A DNA stretch of 64,000 bases from Tubiluchus corallicola (lineage: Eukaryota; Animalia; Priapulida). A program made the position numbers and the translations under genes. The number at the start of each line of letters is the position of its first letter. Position 1 is the stretch's first letter. Where the stretch lies: NCBI GenBank assembly GCA_030141605.1, contig JAQGDQ010000873.1, positions 22,175 through 86,174 on the forward strand, in the 5' to 3' direction. Positions 1-12,459 of this stretch are shown here, piece after piece. The notes under the pieces are model-generated. The model ran no database searches and was not told where the DNA came from. It saw nothing but the letters and a program-made list of their open reading frames with translations.

Positions 1-1359
1 GTTCATTGGGCATGAAGTCTGTTTCTGTCAGTTTTTGTTACCCTATGATGAACCACAGTTCAACTCGTAAGATTGTTCTATATTCCTACTAGCTTTTGTT
101 GTTATTGTTGTGAAGGAGGGAGCATTAGTAAAAGAAGACGCCATTACTTTTTTTTACAATCGTTCCTATTATGTTGCCACTGAGACTTCAACGTAGTACA
201 AAAAATGGCCATTAGTGAATTACTTGATAAAATCAACACTGCTTAAACAAGTTATCTTACTAAATAGTATTAAACTTTTATTTAATATGAGTTTGTGGTG
301 AATTACTTGTAAAAGGCCATTCATGAAATGTAAAATCCTTTTAAAACGTTTATGAAGCAAAAGTCTGAATAATGTAATCAACAAATTTGTAATTAACTAG
401 CAACCTGAGATTCCGTGTTAATTAAACGTGCAAATTTGGATTCAAGTCTGCGTCACAGTGATGTCACAGAAATGGCGAATCTCGGGTGATTGTAGAATTG
501 TGAATTTTGTTGAAGTTGCTTTTGTACTGTATTGTTTGAAACTTTTGGAAAGTAAAACTTCTCAGAGTTTTATCCTATCCAGAATGGCAGTTTTAGTGCA
601 GGGCTTTCCTGAAATTCCCTTACTTGCATGTAATTTATTTAGTCTCGGTGACTTAGTATAAAACGTAGTATAAAGTAAAGAGCTGTGAAGTGATTAGTCT
701 TTCAGTAAATAAAATATAATAAAATGAAATAGTTAAAAGCTAAAGGGTAGTTAACTAAAGTTTTTTTTGCAACAGACAACGGTGTCTTTTTAACATCTAT
801 TCACATATATATTTATTTTGGATAACATTTTACACGGTGACGATTTATTGTACTACCTCATAAACACATAATAAAAAAAGCTAAGCTAGATCTGCATGAT
901 TTAATGGTCAGGTGTTAGCTTTTTTATTGAACATTAGCTGCAACTAGTGTGGTTATTATATGTGACTATAGTGCACAGTTCTTTAATGCATCATTGAGGA
1001 GTTTTTGAGGAAAAGTAAAGAAAAAAAATTAGAAACTGACATTATTGATCTGCTATTACAAATACCCGGTATATGTCACACACAAGAATTATTTTACATA
1101 AATGACTTACAATGGAATGAATAATACTTTTCCAGTAGTTTTCTTGATAAACATATAATAATCGTAATTACCAACTTGTGACAGGATACTAATATTTCCT
1201 CTTTGTACCTGTCCAATCTCAATACAAGTTTGACAGATGGTAGATTTCTTCTCACCTTCAAGCTAAAATGATTCCTCCTGGACCTGTAACTTACGTGAAT
1301 GGTCTCCAATGCAGTAAGGTCTACTCTATACTTATTGACTCTGTCCACTGGAATACTGG

Positions 1360-4300
1360 CTAAAATATTAAAAGTTTGCTGTACGCATTTTCATAAAGAT
1401 CTGAATTGGCATTACTTGCTGAACTTTTGTCTGATATAGGCGCTGATACTACCTGTATAGGTTTGTTGCCAGAAGGTGTCACTACACTCTTGCTTGAACT
1501 AGTTTTTGCGTCTGCATTTGATGATGGGGGTTCTTGTGATTTTAAATTTCTATTGAAGAAGTCGTCATCTACATGTGGTTTCGATTGTGTTGTGGTTGCT
1601 AGCTTGCTGCCAAAGTTTCTGATTTCTTTACTCGGTTCAATTATTGTTAGTTTGGTGTTTCTTTGAGCTGGCGCTGCTTGCATACGTCTGTCTTTAATTG
1701 ACGAATATCCATCTCTTATGTAGTAACCTGGTGGATATGTTGTTACGCTTATCTGCCTGCTTCCTTTTGATCCAAAGTTGTTCCTTTGGTTAGAATATAA
1801 AGAGCCACGGTTTAGTAGTTTATTTACTGTGCCTCTTATTTGAAATGGCATATCATCTGCATGCTGGAACCTGTTCGTTTTGCTCCTGCTTCCTTTACCT
1901 AAGTTCAGTGTCCAAGATCCATCATCCATATTAGGAGATTCCCTTATGTACTTGTTTGGTTGCGTATCACTGGCGTAGCTGTTTGATTTTCTTTCATTTC
2001 TGTTGAATTGTCTTCTGCGTGGCATTGCTTCAGCAGACATTGATTCTCTTGGCAGATACCCTTGTGCTTGCTCCCTTCCATTCTTTGCTCTGTTATGTTG
2101 ATAATTAGAGGTACTAGTTCCTCTTTCACCATATCCCACAAATTCCTGTGTTTTGGAACGTATATCTGAGTTTGCAGATAGTGAAGGGAAAAATCTGCTC
2201 AGAGAACTTGGAGTAGTTGGTTGATCATAATCTTCCATATAGCTTGGTCTTTTTGCAGGTTGCATATTACCATACTGACTTCCGTACATTACTGGCCTGT
2301 CGGTGCTATTGTAGATTTTGAATCCTTGTACATAATATGGAGATGTCGTATTGACGTATGCCTGGTAGAATAAAGGTTCAGTTGTGAGAAAAGGTGGTGC
2401 TGGAGTAAAGTGACGTGAAACGGGGCGAGGATATATGCCTTGGGGATTGTCATGTACACTGTAATAGTGGGTATTTTGTGGAGCTGCTCCTAGAACTTGT
2501 GCTTGCAGTGGTTCTATTTGGCCTCCAACATATTGTTGTGAAGGGATAGTGTATCCAGGATACATCACTTGGTTGGGTAAAGCATAACCTTGTTGTCCTG
2601 AACTCTGAGCAGCTTGCAGTAGTTTTCGGATTTGTGCTTCCCGAAGTTGTTTTTGATTAACGGCGGTGCCTCCTTTCTTATTTCGTCTCTTGTTGCTTTG
2701 TCGCCTGTTTTGTCGTTTCCGTTGCTTTTGCCTTCCTTGTTGTCTGCCACGTCTTTTTCCATTTTGTTTAGCTTTGCGTTTTCGAGCAAGCCTTGAATTT
2801 CTTCTTCTCGCCCGTTGTTTTCTGTTAGTATTTTCTTGTTGCCTGCTGGAAGTTCTGCCATTATTGCTTCTTCGTTTAACAAAGTCACTTGGTTCCCAAG
2901 TTGCTGTGGTTTCAGTAAACTCACCTGTGGATTCAGTAATGTCTTCTTGTCCATTGTCAGAACTTCTTGCTAGTAAACTCCGTGCATTTGGCTTTTTAAG
3001 CCTTTCTAGATTTCGCCTGCGCTTGTTAGTATTGGCCTTTTTATTTCTCATCATGCGGTTGTTTTTATTGCGCGATGATGTTGAACTTGACTGAGTGTCA
3101 CTATTCCATGTGTCGGTAGTGCCTGTAAAAGCACCTGTAGTTTCTGTTGTAACAAGATCGTCTAGTCTGCGGTTACTCTGCCTGTTTCTTGGCTTACCAT
3201 TTCTTTGTTTTTGACGTCTTTTCGCCTTTCGCATCGCTTTCATCTGTCTTCTTCGTTCATTTATCTGCCTTTGTTTTTTCTCTTGCTCGATTTGCTTTTG
3301 TAGATATTTTACTTGCTTTAATATTTGTCTTTTCTTTGCTAATAACAAGATCTTCTTTTTTTCTCTTATATCTCTTTCTTCTTCTGTCACATCTTGCATT
3401 TCTGTATTCGTTGCATCTGTGTTCAAAGTTTTTGCATCTGCCATTGCAGACGCATGAGATTCTTCATCATCCTCAGCAATTTCTTCTGTTCGCTTATCTT
3501 CTTCTGCCTTTATTTTCTGTTTTTCTGTTGGACCATTAATCATTTGCACTCGACTTTTGTAGTTGCTTAAATGTTCATGATATTCTGTTGCAATAGGACT
3601 AGAGCCACGAATTTGAACGGGTCTTCCATTTATGAATACCCCTTGCGGAATCTTGTCGTCTAATTCCCTTAGAGCGGCCAGCAATTCATCATTGTCATTT
3701 TCTAGAAAAAATTATTTAGATGTAGATGTATTGTAGTCCTAGCAGTTAAAGTTTCTCTACCTAAAATGATATTATTTAGTTCTATTATTATATTGTTGGA
3801 CTTGTCTTAAATTTTTTAACTAAAGCTAAAAATGTGTTGCTTAGTGGTGTAGTTTGAGGTAAAGCATTACTGAGGTCAAAATTTGTTCAATTTCTTTTAC
3901 ATGGTTAAGTAGCAATGTTGCTTTCAAATTTTTGAATTTAATTTCATGATACGTGTCACTTTCTGCTTTACAGCCGGCTTTATTTTGATTCCAGTTAAAG
4001 CACGTCCTTGTACCCTTGGATTATGATGGTTTTTGTAGTTTTTATCAACATTTTGTGATCCTAAAAATTAGAAAAATAATACTGGAGAATTGTAAATACT
4101 CCTGGCTCCTGAACTGTTAAAGTAAGTAAGGTCACTTCAAGCATACCTTCTGTTTTAATAACAACTTTGGTTTCATCGTCTTTGCTGTCAGTGTCATCAT
4201 AATCAGCTGATTCACTTGCTTCTGTGGATGGTGCTATTGATGTTGTTGTGTACTCCGGCGCTTCTTCTGTCTGACTTGATGCATCTGTGACAGCTTCCAG

Positions 4301-4681
4301 TTTGTGTGTAGCAACATCTTGCCGTTCTGGCTCTACGAGCGTTATGCCTCTTCGTCCCAGCGTTACTGTAGGTTCAGGCTCCGTGATTGTCACCGATTTT
4401 TGTGCAAGTGTCACAGTGGGGCCTTCTAACACAGACGCCAGTGTAGCTCCTCGTCTTCTAGTTGTGGATGCGACTCCTTGCCGTCTAAGTGGAGTTGTCA
4501 TGACTCTTTGTCGTCTAGATGTTATTTTTGCATAATTGTCCACAGGGACGTATCCAGAATCGGTGGTTTGCAGAGAATTTCGATTGCCGGATCTCATTCC
4601 TCTCGTGCTCCACTAATTTGTCAGCATCAATGGAAAAGCAATTAAATATACTGTGATAGTAACAAACAGTTGAAATTTCAT
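1360..4681 (-). CDS. Orphan gene A: ~958-codon secreted-type low-complexity protein (Thr/acidic, coiled-coil, Arg/Lys/Asn/Gln-rich, Tyr/Pro/Ser-rich) with an in-frame TAG at codon 23 (possible null allele or pseudogene)
   Basis: Exon 1 is 4681-4147 and exon 2 is 3701-1360. The intron is ACAGAAG|gtatgc...ttttctag|AA and phase 1 on both sides (G+AA = Glu), joining ORFs 4061-4597 and 1360-3684. ATG 4681 gives MKFQLFVTITVYLIAFPLMLTN*WSTRGMRSG (TAG at 4615-4613). Confidence 0.8.
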
Positions 4682-4705
4682 CTTAATATTTAAATCATAA
4701 GTGCA

Positions 4706-4733
4706 GGGAAAAGCTGGGAAGAAGAAGAAGAAG
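4706..4733 (+). mobile_element. 28-bp extremely 5'-truncated retrotransposon tail (RTE/Rex3-like GAA tail) with 18-bp TSD
   Basis: atttaaatcataagtgca is duplicated at 4688-4705 and 4734-4751 around gggaaaagctgggaagaagaagaagaag. Confidence 0.7.
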
Positions 4734-5332
4734 ATTTAAATCATAAGTGCATTGACACACTTTCAACTCTCGTCTGAATACTTAAAATATTTGAATCTTT
4801 TTTCCTTGCAAATATAGGATGCTAATCTATGTCAAGTTGAATGGCTCTTGCTAAATTCTTTGCTAGTATTTATCATCGATTTTTGTTATTGTTCATTCTC
4901 TCTGAGGTTTTTATTGATTATTAAGTTCACTTGCTTCAAGTCTTTTGTCCTGAATAAGATACTAAAATAAGTCTAGCCTTCACCAGAATTTTGTATCCTC
5001 ATTTAGGTAGCAATTTGAACTTGACAGTGATTGTACTGCATCTTTTAGTTGTGCAATAGCAGTTGCTGTACTTACGCTCTTTTCATATTGCTGATCCGTT
5101 TCAGTAGTTTGCTTGTCATAACTGTGATACGATTTCAGGTTTTCTCCTTGACTAACAATGGAAAAGGTCTGTAAATCCAAGAGTACTGATATAGTAAATA
5201 ATCATAATAATCTTTATTTAAATTCAGCTTTTGGGTGAACAATTAACATTAGCTCAAAGAGCTATTATCGCCTACTGTAAATGACAACCTACAGATACAT
5301 AACAGAAGCTATTATTACCCCATTTTTACCCT

Positions 5333-5445
5333 AAATACCATGCGCCAGGCAGGGCAACAGCAGGTACCATTTTTGAAGTCGTTGGTATGACCCGACCACT
5401 GTATTGAACTCCCAGACCGAAAGCGGACGCGTTATCGCAAGGCTA
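5333..5445 (-). mobile_element. tRNA-derived SINE fragment (MetaSINE-like central domain, from memory)
   Basis: Minus strand reads ...gggagttcaat...ggtcgggtcataccaacgacttcaaaaatggtacctgctgttgccctgcctggcgc. Confidence 0.55.
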
Positions 5446-5975
5446 AACCGTCTAATTATAAGGTGGAAACAGTCCAAACTAAATTTCACAGTTAATAACT
5501 TCGACATAATATTATTATCTATTATGCTACTCATAGAAGCTGTGCTTCGTATACTGACATTAACTGAAAAAGCTTTTGTACAACAGTATATCAATTATGC
5601 ACATTTGAAACCCTGTCCACAGATTTTTCATACTGCCCCAGGCATGAACATATTGTGAGTTTCTAATTATAGCACTGAAATACCTATTAATGTTTTCAGT
5701 ATTGAGAAAAACAAAAAATCTTCTAATGGACGATCACCTTACCAAAATTATAAGGCAGCAGCGCAGTAATCCTTGTTCCATATGCATGTTCTGAAATGTA
5801 ACAAAAGTAGCATAAAGCAACCTCTTGTGATGACTAATTCTTTTGTATCTTTATTAGGCAAAAGGTCATATTTGTAGGCACCCTGTAGCAATTCATAATG
5901 AGCATTTTTTGTAAAACTGGCTAAAATTTAGGAACCTCTTATCAAGATATTTGCTCGATTATCAGCCACCCAACC

Positions 5976-6079
5976 TTTTTCTTTTGTAAGATCAGTGCAT
6001 CATGCTCTAATAACGAAGCCTGTAATAGCATCAGCATGAAGTTCTTTTGCAGTTCGGCTTATGGTACGGGTCATCCTAT
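5976..6079. repeat. ~100-bp dispersed repeat; second copy at ~8068-8171
   Basis: ttttcttttgtaagatcagtgcatcatgctctaataacg...ggcttatggtacgggtcatcctat occurs twice with a few mismatches. Confidence 0.8.
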
Positions 6080-6599
6080 CTGGTGCGAAAATTTTTGAGT
6101 TTATTGCTAATTCCCTTCATCGGCTTACCACGTGATATTGGGTGCTACACGGAAAAAATGTACTAGCTTAGTCAACAAGAAAGTTGAATGCAAAATTCTA
6201 TTTACCTGACAGACGCCCATGTTACTCATCCTGTTATAAACATTATAGTCGATTATAGACGATTATAGAATCATTTTTGCACCATTTGTGCGTCATGCTT
6301 TGCTCTGGGTTTGATACAGCTTGAACAGCTGAGACTTCCACTTAATAGCAAGGCCTAATTAATGCTGACATTGTGGCAGTACTAACCATAGCTAATTATC
6401 TAGGAAATAGTCCTCTAAGATCAGGAGATATTAACTAATAGAGGTGCTTTATCCAGTCTCCACGGAACAAAAAATGGTGGTCAGTTTGGCTGATGAAACT
6501 AGCCATAAGCAGTTTTCTAATCTTCACCTACTCACTAAAGAAACAGTCATGCCCTCTCATTTATTCTACTTGCCAAGAAACGCATGCGCGAGTACTAAG

Positions 6600-7020
6600 G
6601 GATCCTCCATCTTTGATAAAGCTTTCCTCTTACAGCAAAAGGACCTGTTACAATTTTGCTTAAATATATTAAAGCAAGAATGTCAGGACCAAAATGTTAT
6701 TTTATTTAACTGTTCATCATTGAATAGGGTCGACGCACCATTTTAGCAGGGATGACCATATGTGATGTCTCTTTATCATAGAAATTAACGATAATTTTAA
6801 ATTATACTGTGAGACAAAAAAGAATTTTATTCTGTCATGTACAAAGTTTTCAACTAAGCAAGACAAATTACCTAAAGTATGTTTGATCAGTAAACAGCTA
6901 TACCAAAGGTAGCAATGAGTTAAAAATACCTTTATAAAAACACATAAAATTAAAGACAAGCAAATTGTCTTACCTGTCTGCAGTAGAGTAAGTAATAAAT
7001 GCCTTCTGTAGACCACCCAA
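6600..7020 (-). mobile_element. Possible very old LINE reverse-transcriptase remnant
   Basis: LIKHTLGNLSCLVENFVHDR loosely resembles the RT L.KL...G....L....FL..R segment; heavily degraded. Confidence 0.25.
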
Positions 7021-8398
7021 GTTGATTAACCTTTTAATGCACAGGTATCTCTCATTGCAGCTTGTTGTGCCTAAATGATGTGCTCATCACAAATTGTTCA
7101 GTGAAAGCTTCCAGTAGTAGCTACTCACATTCTAGTCAACTTTCTATGTCATAGCAAAGTGAGTTTTACTTTTGTCCGCGCTAAACCAGAAGTAATCTAA
7201 GTTTAAGTCTAGTAAATTAGTATTACCACCCAAAACCTGTGTTGGGACATGCTAACCTAACAACATTGTTAACTCCAATTAAAAGAAAAAGTATTTTCGT
7301 ATGCTGCCAGTTGTGTGATTAGGTAAGTGATCAGGCACTTTTCAGGAAATGTAACAACTGGTAAAGAAAAACTGGTACCCGTGTGTACGATGTAGTGCAC
7401 GGAGACACAATTTAATGTGTTAAGAGACTAAATAATTCACCGCTGGACAGGTTTGCATGGGATCTGTGTTACTGTAACCCGTCTTCTTTCCGTATTTGAA
7501 CTTAATAGGCCATTGAGAAATAATAATTGCGTTTTTATCCAATAATGTCAGCTTGCTAAGCTTTTGAAAACGAAAAATTTTCCACAGTGGTTAATATCCT
7601 TATCAATTGAACTCTGCAGGGATATAGCACTGTTTTTTAATACCTGGCACTTTTATATTATTTTTGAAAATTCAGTTTCATAAATTGTTAATATATATAT
7701 TTTATTTATATATTATTATAGTGTACTGAACACGCGTTTCACACAAAATATAAGTTTCTGTTGAAGCCAAGTTATGCATCTGGCCTGTATAAAAGCGGCC
7801 GTCTCTGCTCTTTTACTGGTTCAGTTAGCTTAATCCACGACAGTATAAACTCTATTTAATCATTATTTTTGAATCTACTTGATGTAATGTGCCAATAAAG
7901 GTATCGTTTTTCTCACACATCATTCTGTTGTTTCGTGGATGGATGTCGGAAGAGTTAGTCTGCTTACCCTCCGCATCTGCTGGTACCGAACCAACCTGGG
8001 TAGTTTTACCACTTGTCGGCGAGGTACCGCCAGCAGTTCAATATATTATAGTATATATATATATATTTTTTTTCTTTTGTAAGATCAGTGCATCATGCTC
8101 TAATAACGTAGCCTGAAATTGCGTCAGCATGAAGTTCCTTTGCAGTTGGGCTTATGGTACGGGTCATCCTATATATATATATATATAAACTACAGAAATG
8201 GCCCTCTCTGCTTATCTCTGACAACTTTCCCAATTTTGAATATCAAACGCTGCAGAAATTCGAATGTATCTGAATCGTGTTTTATTGTATAACATCAAGC
8301 AATGAATGCAGCAACTGCTGAACTTACCTTTTGTTGCCTTAATTTTATTTGTTTGTACATTCTTTGATTACATAAGTTCTGTAATATTAATAACAATA

Positions 8399-10136
8399 CT
8401 AGCCAAACCCCACAAAAAGAATTTTGTGCACAAATCAACACAAAACCCACACCACACCACTCCACCTCATCACACCACACCATACCACTCCACCACATCA
8501 CACCGCACAGCACCACACCATAATACCACACTGCACCACACCACCCACCCACCTACACACCACACCACCCACACCATACCACTCCACCACATCACACCAC
8601 ACTGCACCACACCATACCACTCCACCACATCACACCACACTGCACCACACCATACCACTGCACCACCCACGCACCACACCACACCACCCACACCATAATA
8701 CTCCACCACATCACACCGCACAGCACCACACCATAACACCACACTGCACCACACCACCCACCCACCTACACACCACACCACCCACACCATACCACTCCAC
8801 CACATCACACCACACCGCACCACAACATACCACTGCAGCACACCGCACGACCCACATACCACACCACACCATACGACTCCACCACATCACACCACACTGC
8901 ACCACACCATACCACTGCACCACACCACACCACACCGCACCACCCACACACCACACCATAATACTCCACCACATCACACTGCACTGCACCACACCATAAC
9001 ACCACACCGCACCACAACACCCACCCACCCACACACCACGCCACCCACTCCATACCACACTACCCACACCACACCCCACACACCCTATCACCCCACCACA
9101 CCATCCATAGCACAACACACAAAGCACACCACCACCACACCACATCAAATCCACCACCTCACGTGGTGATCATGATGTTGATGATGATGATGATGATGGT
9201 GGCAACGATGACAACACCTATAGCACAAGCACCAACAGCACAGCATTACAGCAAAACCATTCCAATCATTTTTCACAAATTTGAAACTATGTGCTATAAT
9301 ATAATAAATAGCAAAGGCCCCGCAAAAGATTTTGCATATAAATACACGTGTAATCAATAATACGCGAACATCCTACCTAGTCCACATTTATAACACAAAG
9401 CCCGTAACATCGTGTCTACTGTTTGTTTAACTAACGCAAAGCCTGTAGCTTTTTGCTGAATTAAAGTTATAAGATTATAGACAGAGTACAATGGATGACG
9501 TCACAACAATGCCTTTGCGTCAGCAATTTTCTAAGCGAAAATTGCCGAAAATAGAACTCCTAACTAACTCGTTGATACTCCTCTCGGTGGACCTGCCCTA
9601 AAATAGTGCCCACATCATCGTGTAGCCCTGTTTTTCCTCTTTGTAAAGAGCTATATATCTCCTTCCGAGAGTCCCACCGGGCGCCGCTAGAACGTTTTTC
9701 CCGCATGCTGTTTGGTCAAAATTTCGAAAAAATCGCGAGTTGGGTCCGGGAAAACGCCCGTTGCGGGGCGCCCTGGCCCTCTCGGGAATTCTAAATACGC
9801 CTACTACACCCACCGCTGAACGGGCTATCTATCCATACCCAGCACCCCCCTCGGCCCGTTCCCGTTCTCTACATCTCAGCCGTATAACTTTTGCAAAAAA
9901 CGGCCGAAAAAGGGCCATTTTTGGAGGTTTTTCGCCTCCCCCTCCTCCCGGTGGGCCCGATTCGAAAAATAAACCATCAATGGCACGACACTAGATCGAG
10001 ACCTTTCGTTTGATATATAGATCGCCGCAAATGGTGCCCTCGTCCGGGCTGTAGCCTCGAATCTTATATATATATAAATAAATAAATAAATAAATATATA
10101 TATATATATATATACCAAGAATATTAATATAAGAGA
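8399..10136 (-). mobile_element. Complete non-autonomous Helitron (1738 bp) with internal (CAT)n and GTG-rich minisatellite
   Basis: Minus strand reads A|TCTCTTATATTAATATTCTTGG...CACAAAA-TTCT-TTTTGTG (hairpin) GGGTTTGGCTAG|T: 5' TC, 3' hairpin plus CTAG, A/T target, no TSD. Confidence 0.9.
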
Positions 10137-10508
10137 TAAATTAGTAAACAATAAAGTTAACACAATAAATTTTTAATTACACCAAATGACAATTTTCTGA
10201 AAATGTTGAACAAACTAAACTAGGTGAGTAATATTGTAGATGAGTGTAAGCTTAAATAATTATTAATGATATCTTTCTTGCACAGAAATGATATCAACAC
10301 ACAACATCTAAATTATATTACAAATCATCATTCTTCATCTCTAAAGGAATATCAGAAAAAATCACTACCTGTAGTTTCCAAAAGCAATTTCAGACAAATT
10401 AAATCTGATGTCGGCCAAGTTTCATTTGTGCAGAATGTCTCCTTTTTTGGGAACCACAATTAAAAATAAACCTGAAGAGGCATAATGAAGAAGAGATGAT
10501 CAGACACA

Positions 10509-11933
10509 TTACCCACATAACTCCAATGTTGAAAAATTTGCACATTTGCTTGCTTTTCTTCTTGGAATTTTTACTCTATGGTACAGTTTCTCGCCCAGAA
10601 AAACAGCTATTCCAATACCGTGTCCAAGCAGAATCATGAAGACGTATTTAATGTGTTCCATACTTATGTGTTCTGCACCAACGGTTGTCATAGGCTTATT
10701 TAAACAGATATTTGCTTCCTCTAGCTCAGCTTCCAAAAGAAATTTTCCTATTCCACCTTGCATTATGCTGGCAATTCCATAATTTAACACGTCAGTGATG
10801 TTGCTGTTTCTAGGTACTGCAAATGAAAGTGTCTCAGGAGTCGACCTGAATGGTGCGAAAGTATATCTGCACTTTTTGTGCAACACGACATCTCGCTTCA
10901 TGAACAGTTTACCATAAATGTCTGAGAGGAAGTATGCGTACTTTCCTGTTGTCGTTAGTTCCAATGCCCTTTGGTAACTGTTGACAACTGAATTTGTGTC
11001 GCTTTGCATCTTTAACCAGAGCTTGTTGTACAGAGTGCCTGGATGACTGCGTCGCAATAGTCCTTCAAGATTAGTGCCTTTAATAACAACTGGCATTACG
11101 TCACTGTCTAGTAACTCTTGTGGTGTGTTAAAAGGGTATTTGGGGTGATTTATGGAGAGCTGGCAGATCAATATTCCCGTATATGTTGTGGTCACTATGA
11201 TAGCAAATGGCCACCACAATCCAATGACCATTCTAACAGACATTCGTTTCGATAAGTTTGTTCCTGCTTGCTTGAGAAATGCTGAGAACATAAACAGTGT
11301 GAAGTATGCTATGTCAGCAGCATGCTTGCTTGATGCACTACGAAATTTCGCTTGACTGTGAAGGATGGATACAGCTATTGAAACTAAAGCACAGCTAACC
11401 ATCAAACCAACCCAGACCAGTCCTTTAAATGGTGCCCATAAGTTGAACTCAGAGACTTCTTCTTCTGGTCGCTTTATCAGAAACACTTGAGATGTGTAGG
11501 CAAGTGGATGCAAGTGTTTGACCAGTCCTAAACGATGCCTGTTTGTAGTTAACAGTGCAACGATGATATCAAGTTCATTTTCAGTAGCTACTTTTTTCCA
11601 TTCGTATGTTGAATAATGCGTTTCTGTGTATGTGAAGTTCAAGTGATTGCTTAACATCTGCAGTATATCTTTCATCACTTTTTCAAAATTGCTGTGGAGA
11701 AGTGCTACTTTGAGATGTGCACCATCTAGTGAATGTTTTTCATGCACAAATTGTTTGCTGGTGTAACTTGCATGTCTGTATTGTGGCATCCCTAGTCGCA
11801 TCCAGGTTGCATTATTTTTGTTGCTAGTTAGTTCTTTTTTCTCCATATAATTTTGGTTGAAATTGTTTGCCACTTTAAACATGTAGATCATTGAAACACA
11901 ATTGATAAGCATTGCAAGAGAACTCCACCTCAT
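10509..11933 (-). CDS. Intronless divergent ionotropic receptor / iGluR-like ligand-gated channel (IR-A), 474 aa
   Basis: Hydrophobic N-terminus, LNFTY, S1 Arg (NRHRLG), WAPF..VW M1, pore FSAFLKQAG, RMVIGLWW...TTYTGILICQL (M3), PFNTPQELL, S2 ending LNYGIASIMQGG and a C-terminal M4. No ATD. Confidence 0.88.
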   Translation of the reverse strand: MRWSSLAMLINCVSMIYMFKVANNFNQNYMEKKELTSNKNNATWMRLGMPQYRHASYTSKQFVHEKHSLDGAHLKVALLHSNFEKVMKDILQMLSNHLNFTYTETHYSTYEWKKVATENELDIIVALLTTNRHRLGLVKHLHPLAYTSQVFLIKRPEEEVSEFNLWAPFKGLVWVGLMVSCALVSIAVSILHSQAKFRSASSKHAADIAYFTLFMFSAFLKQAGTNLSKRMSVRMVIGLWWPFAIIVTTTYTGILICQLSINHPKYPFNTPQELLDSDVMPVVIKGTNLEGLLRRSHPGTLYNKLWLKMQSDTNSVVNSYQRALELTTTGKYAYFLSDIYGKLFMKRDVVLHKKCRYTFAPFRSTPETLSFAVPRNSNITDVLNYGIASIMQGGIGKFLLEAELEEANICLNKPMTTVGAEHISMEHIKYVFMILLGHGIGIAVFLGEKLYHRVKIPRRKASKCANFSTLELCG

Positions 11934-12459
11934 TTTCGCTTTACTGTGCAGTCTTCATCTTTGTTGGTGCTTGCTAACGATTTCTGTTTTTATAACTGAC
12001 TGTGGCAATGATGACATCGATACCATGACATTGATACACGTTGACCAAACACACCTGCTTCTGTGATATTTATGCCTAAATGGAAGTGATATGTAGCAAA
12101 TTCAAATACATCAGTAAAAGATTGGTGATGGAAAATTTATTTCCGTGTTGAGACTTCAGTAACATTTTGATCATGAAACTCATAAACCATTAGTGATGTA
12201 AAAGTAAACCGAGGTTGTCTTTTTCAGCACCGTGATTCAAATTTTAATACATTTAAAAAAATAAAGTTGAGTAGATCAGATGTTCTTTTGCTTCTCTTGA
12301 CTACCGTTTTGTCATTTGAGTAAAATGTCGCTGTTAAATTATCAGACTAATGTATTGTTAACAGATACAAAAACAATGCGCTTGCAGTCAAACAACGAGG
12401 TTGCAGTCATGTTCCTTCTTTTTCACATTTTCCTCATTTTCACATTTCTGTTTGAGTTT

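Noticed and set aside
2640-3260. Genes A, B and D as protamine/histone H1-like nuclear proteins
   Set aside because: Spliced or read-through N-termini form signal peptides and no winged-helix domain is visible; kept only as an alternative for the ATG-4597 form of gene A.
1406-3539. + strand and alternative-frame ORFs over gene A (likewise over genes B, C, D and the IRs)
   Set aside because: Shadow ORFs of the real minus-strand CDS.
4750-5180. Coding-like minus-strand stretch upstream of gene A
   Set aside because: Multiple stops, no recognisable family and no convincing splice path.
8295-9360. His/Thr/Pro-rich and Val/Trp/Cys/Gly-rich ORFs (also 58754-63971)
   Set aside because: These are translations of the GTG/CAC minisatellite inside the Helitron, open in several frames on both strands only because the repeat lacks stops.
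9598-10163. Recurrent ORFs such as MGPGKRPLRG... and MGV(V/I)G.FRI... in each Helitron copy
   Set aside because: They are short, overlap on both strands of a GC-rich TE segment and have no Rep/helicase motifs; recurrence simply reflects copy number.
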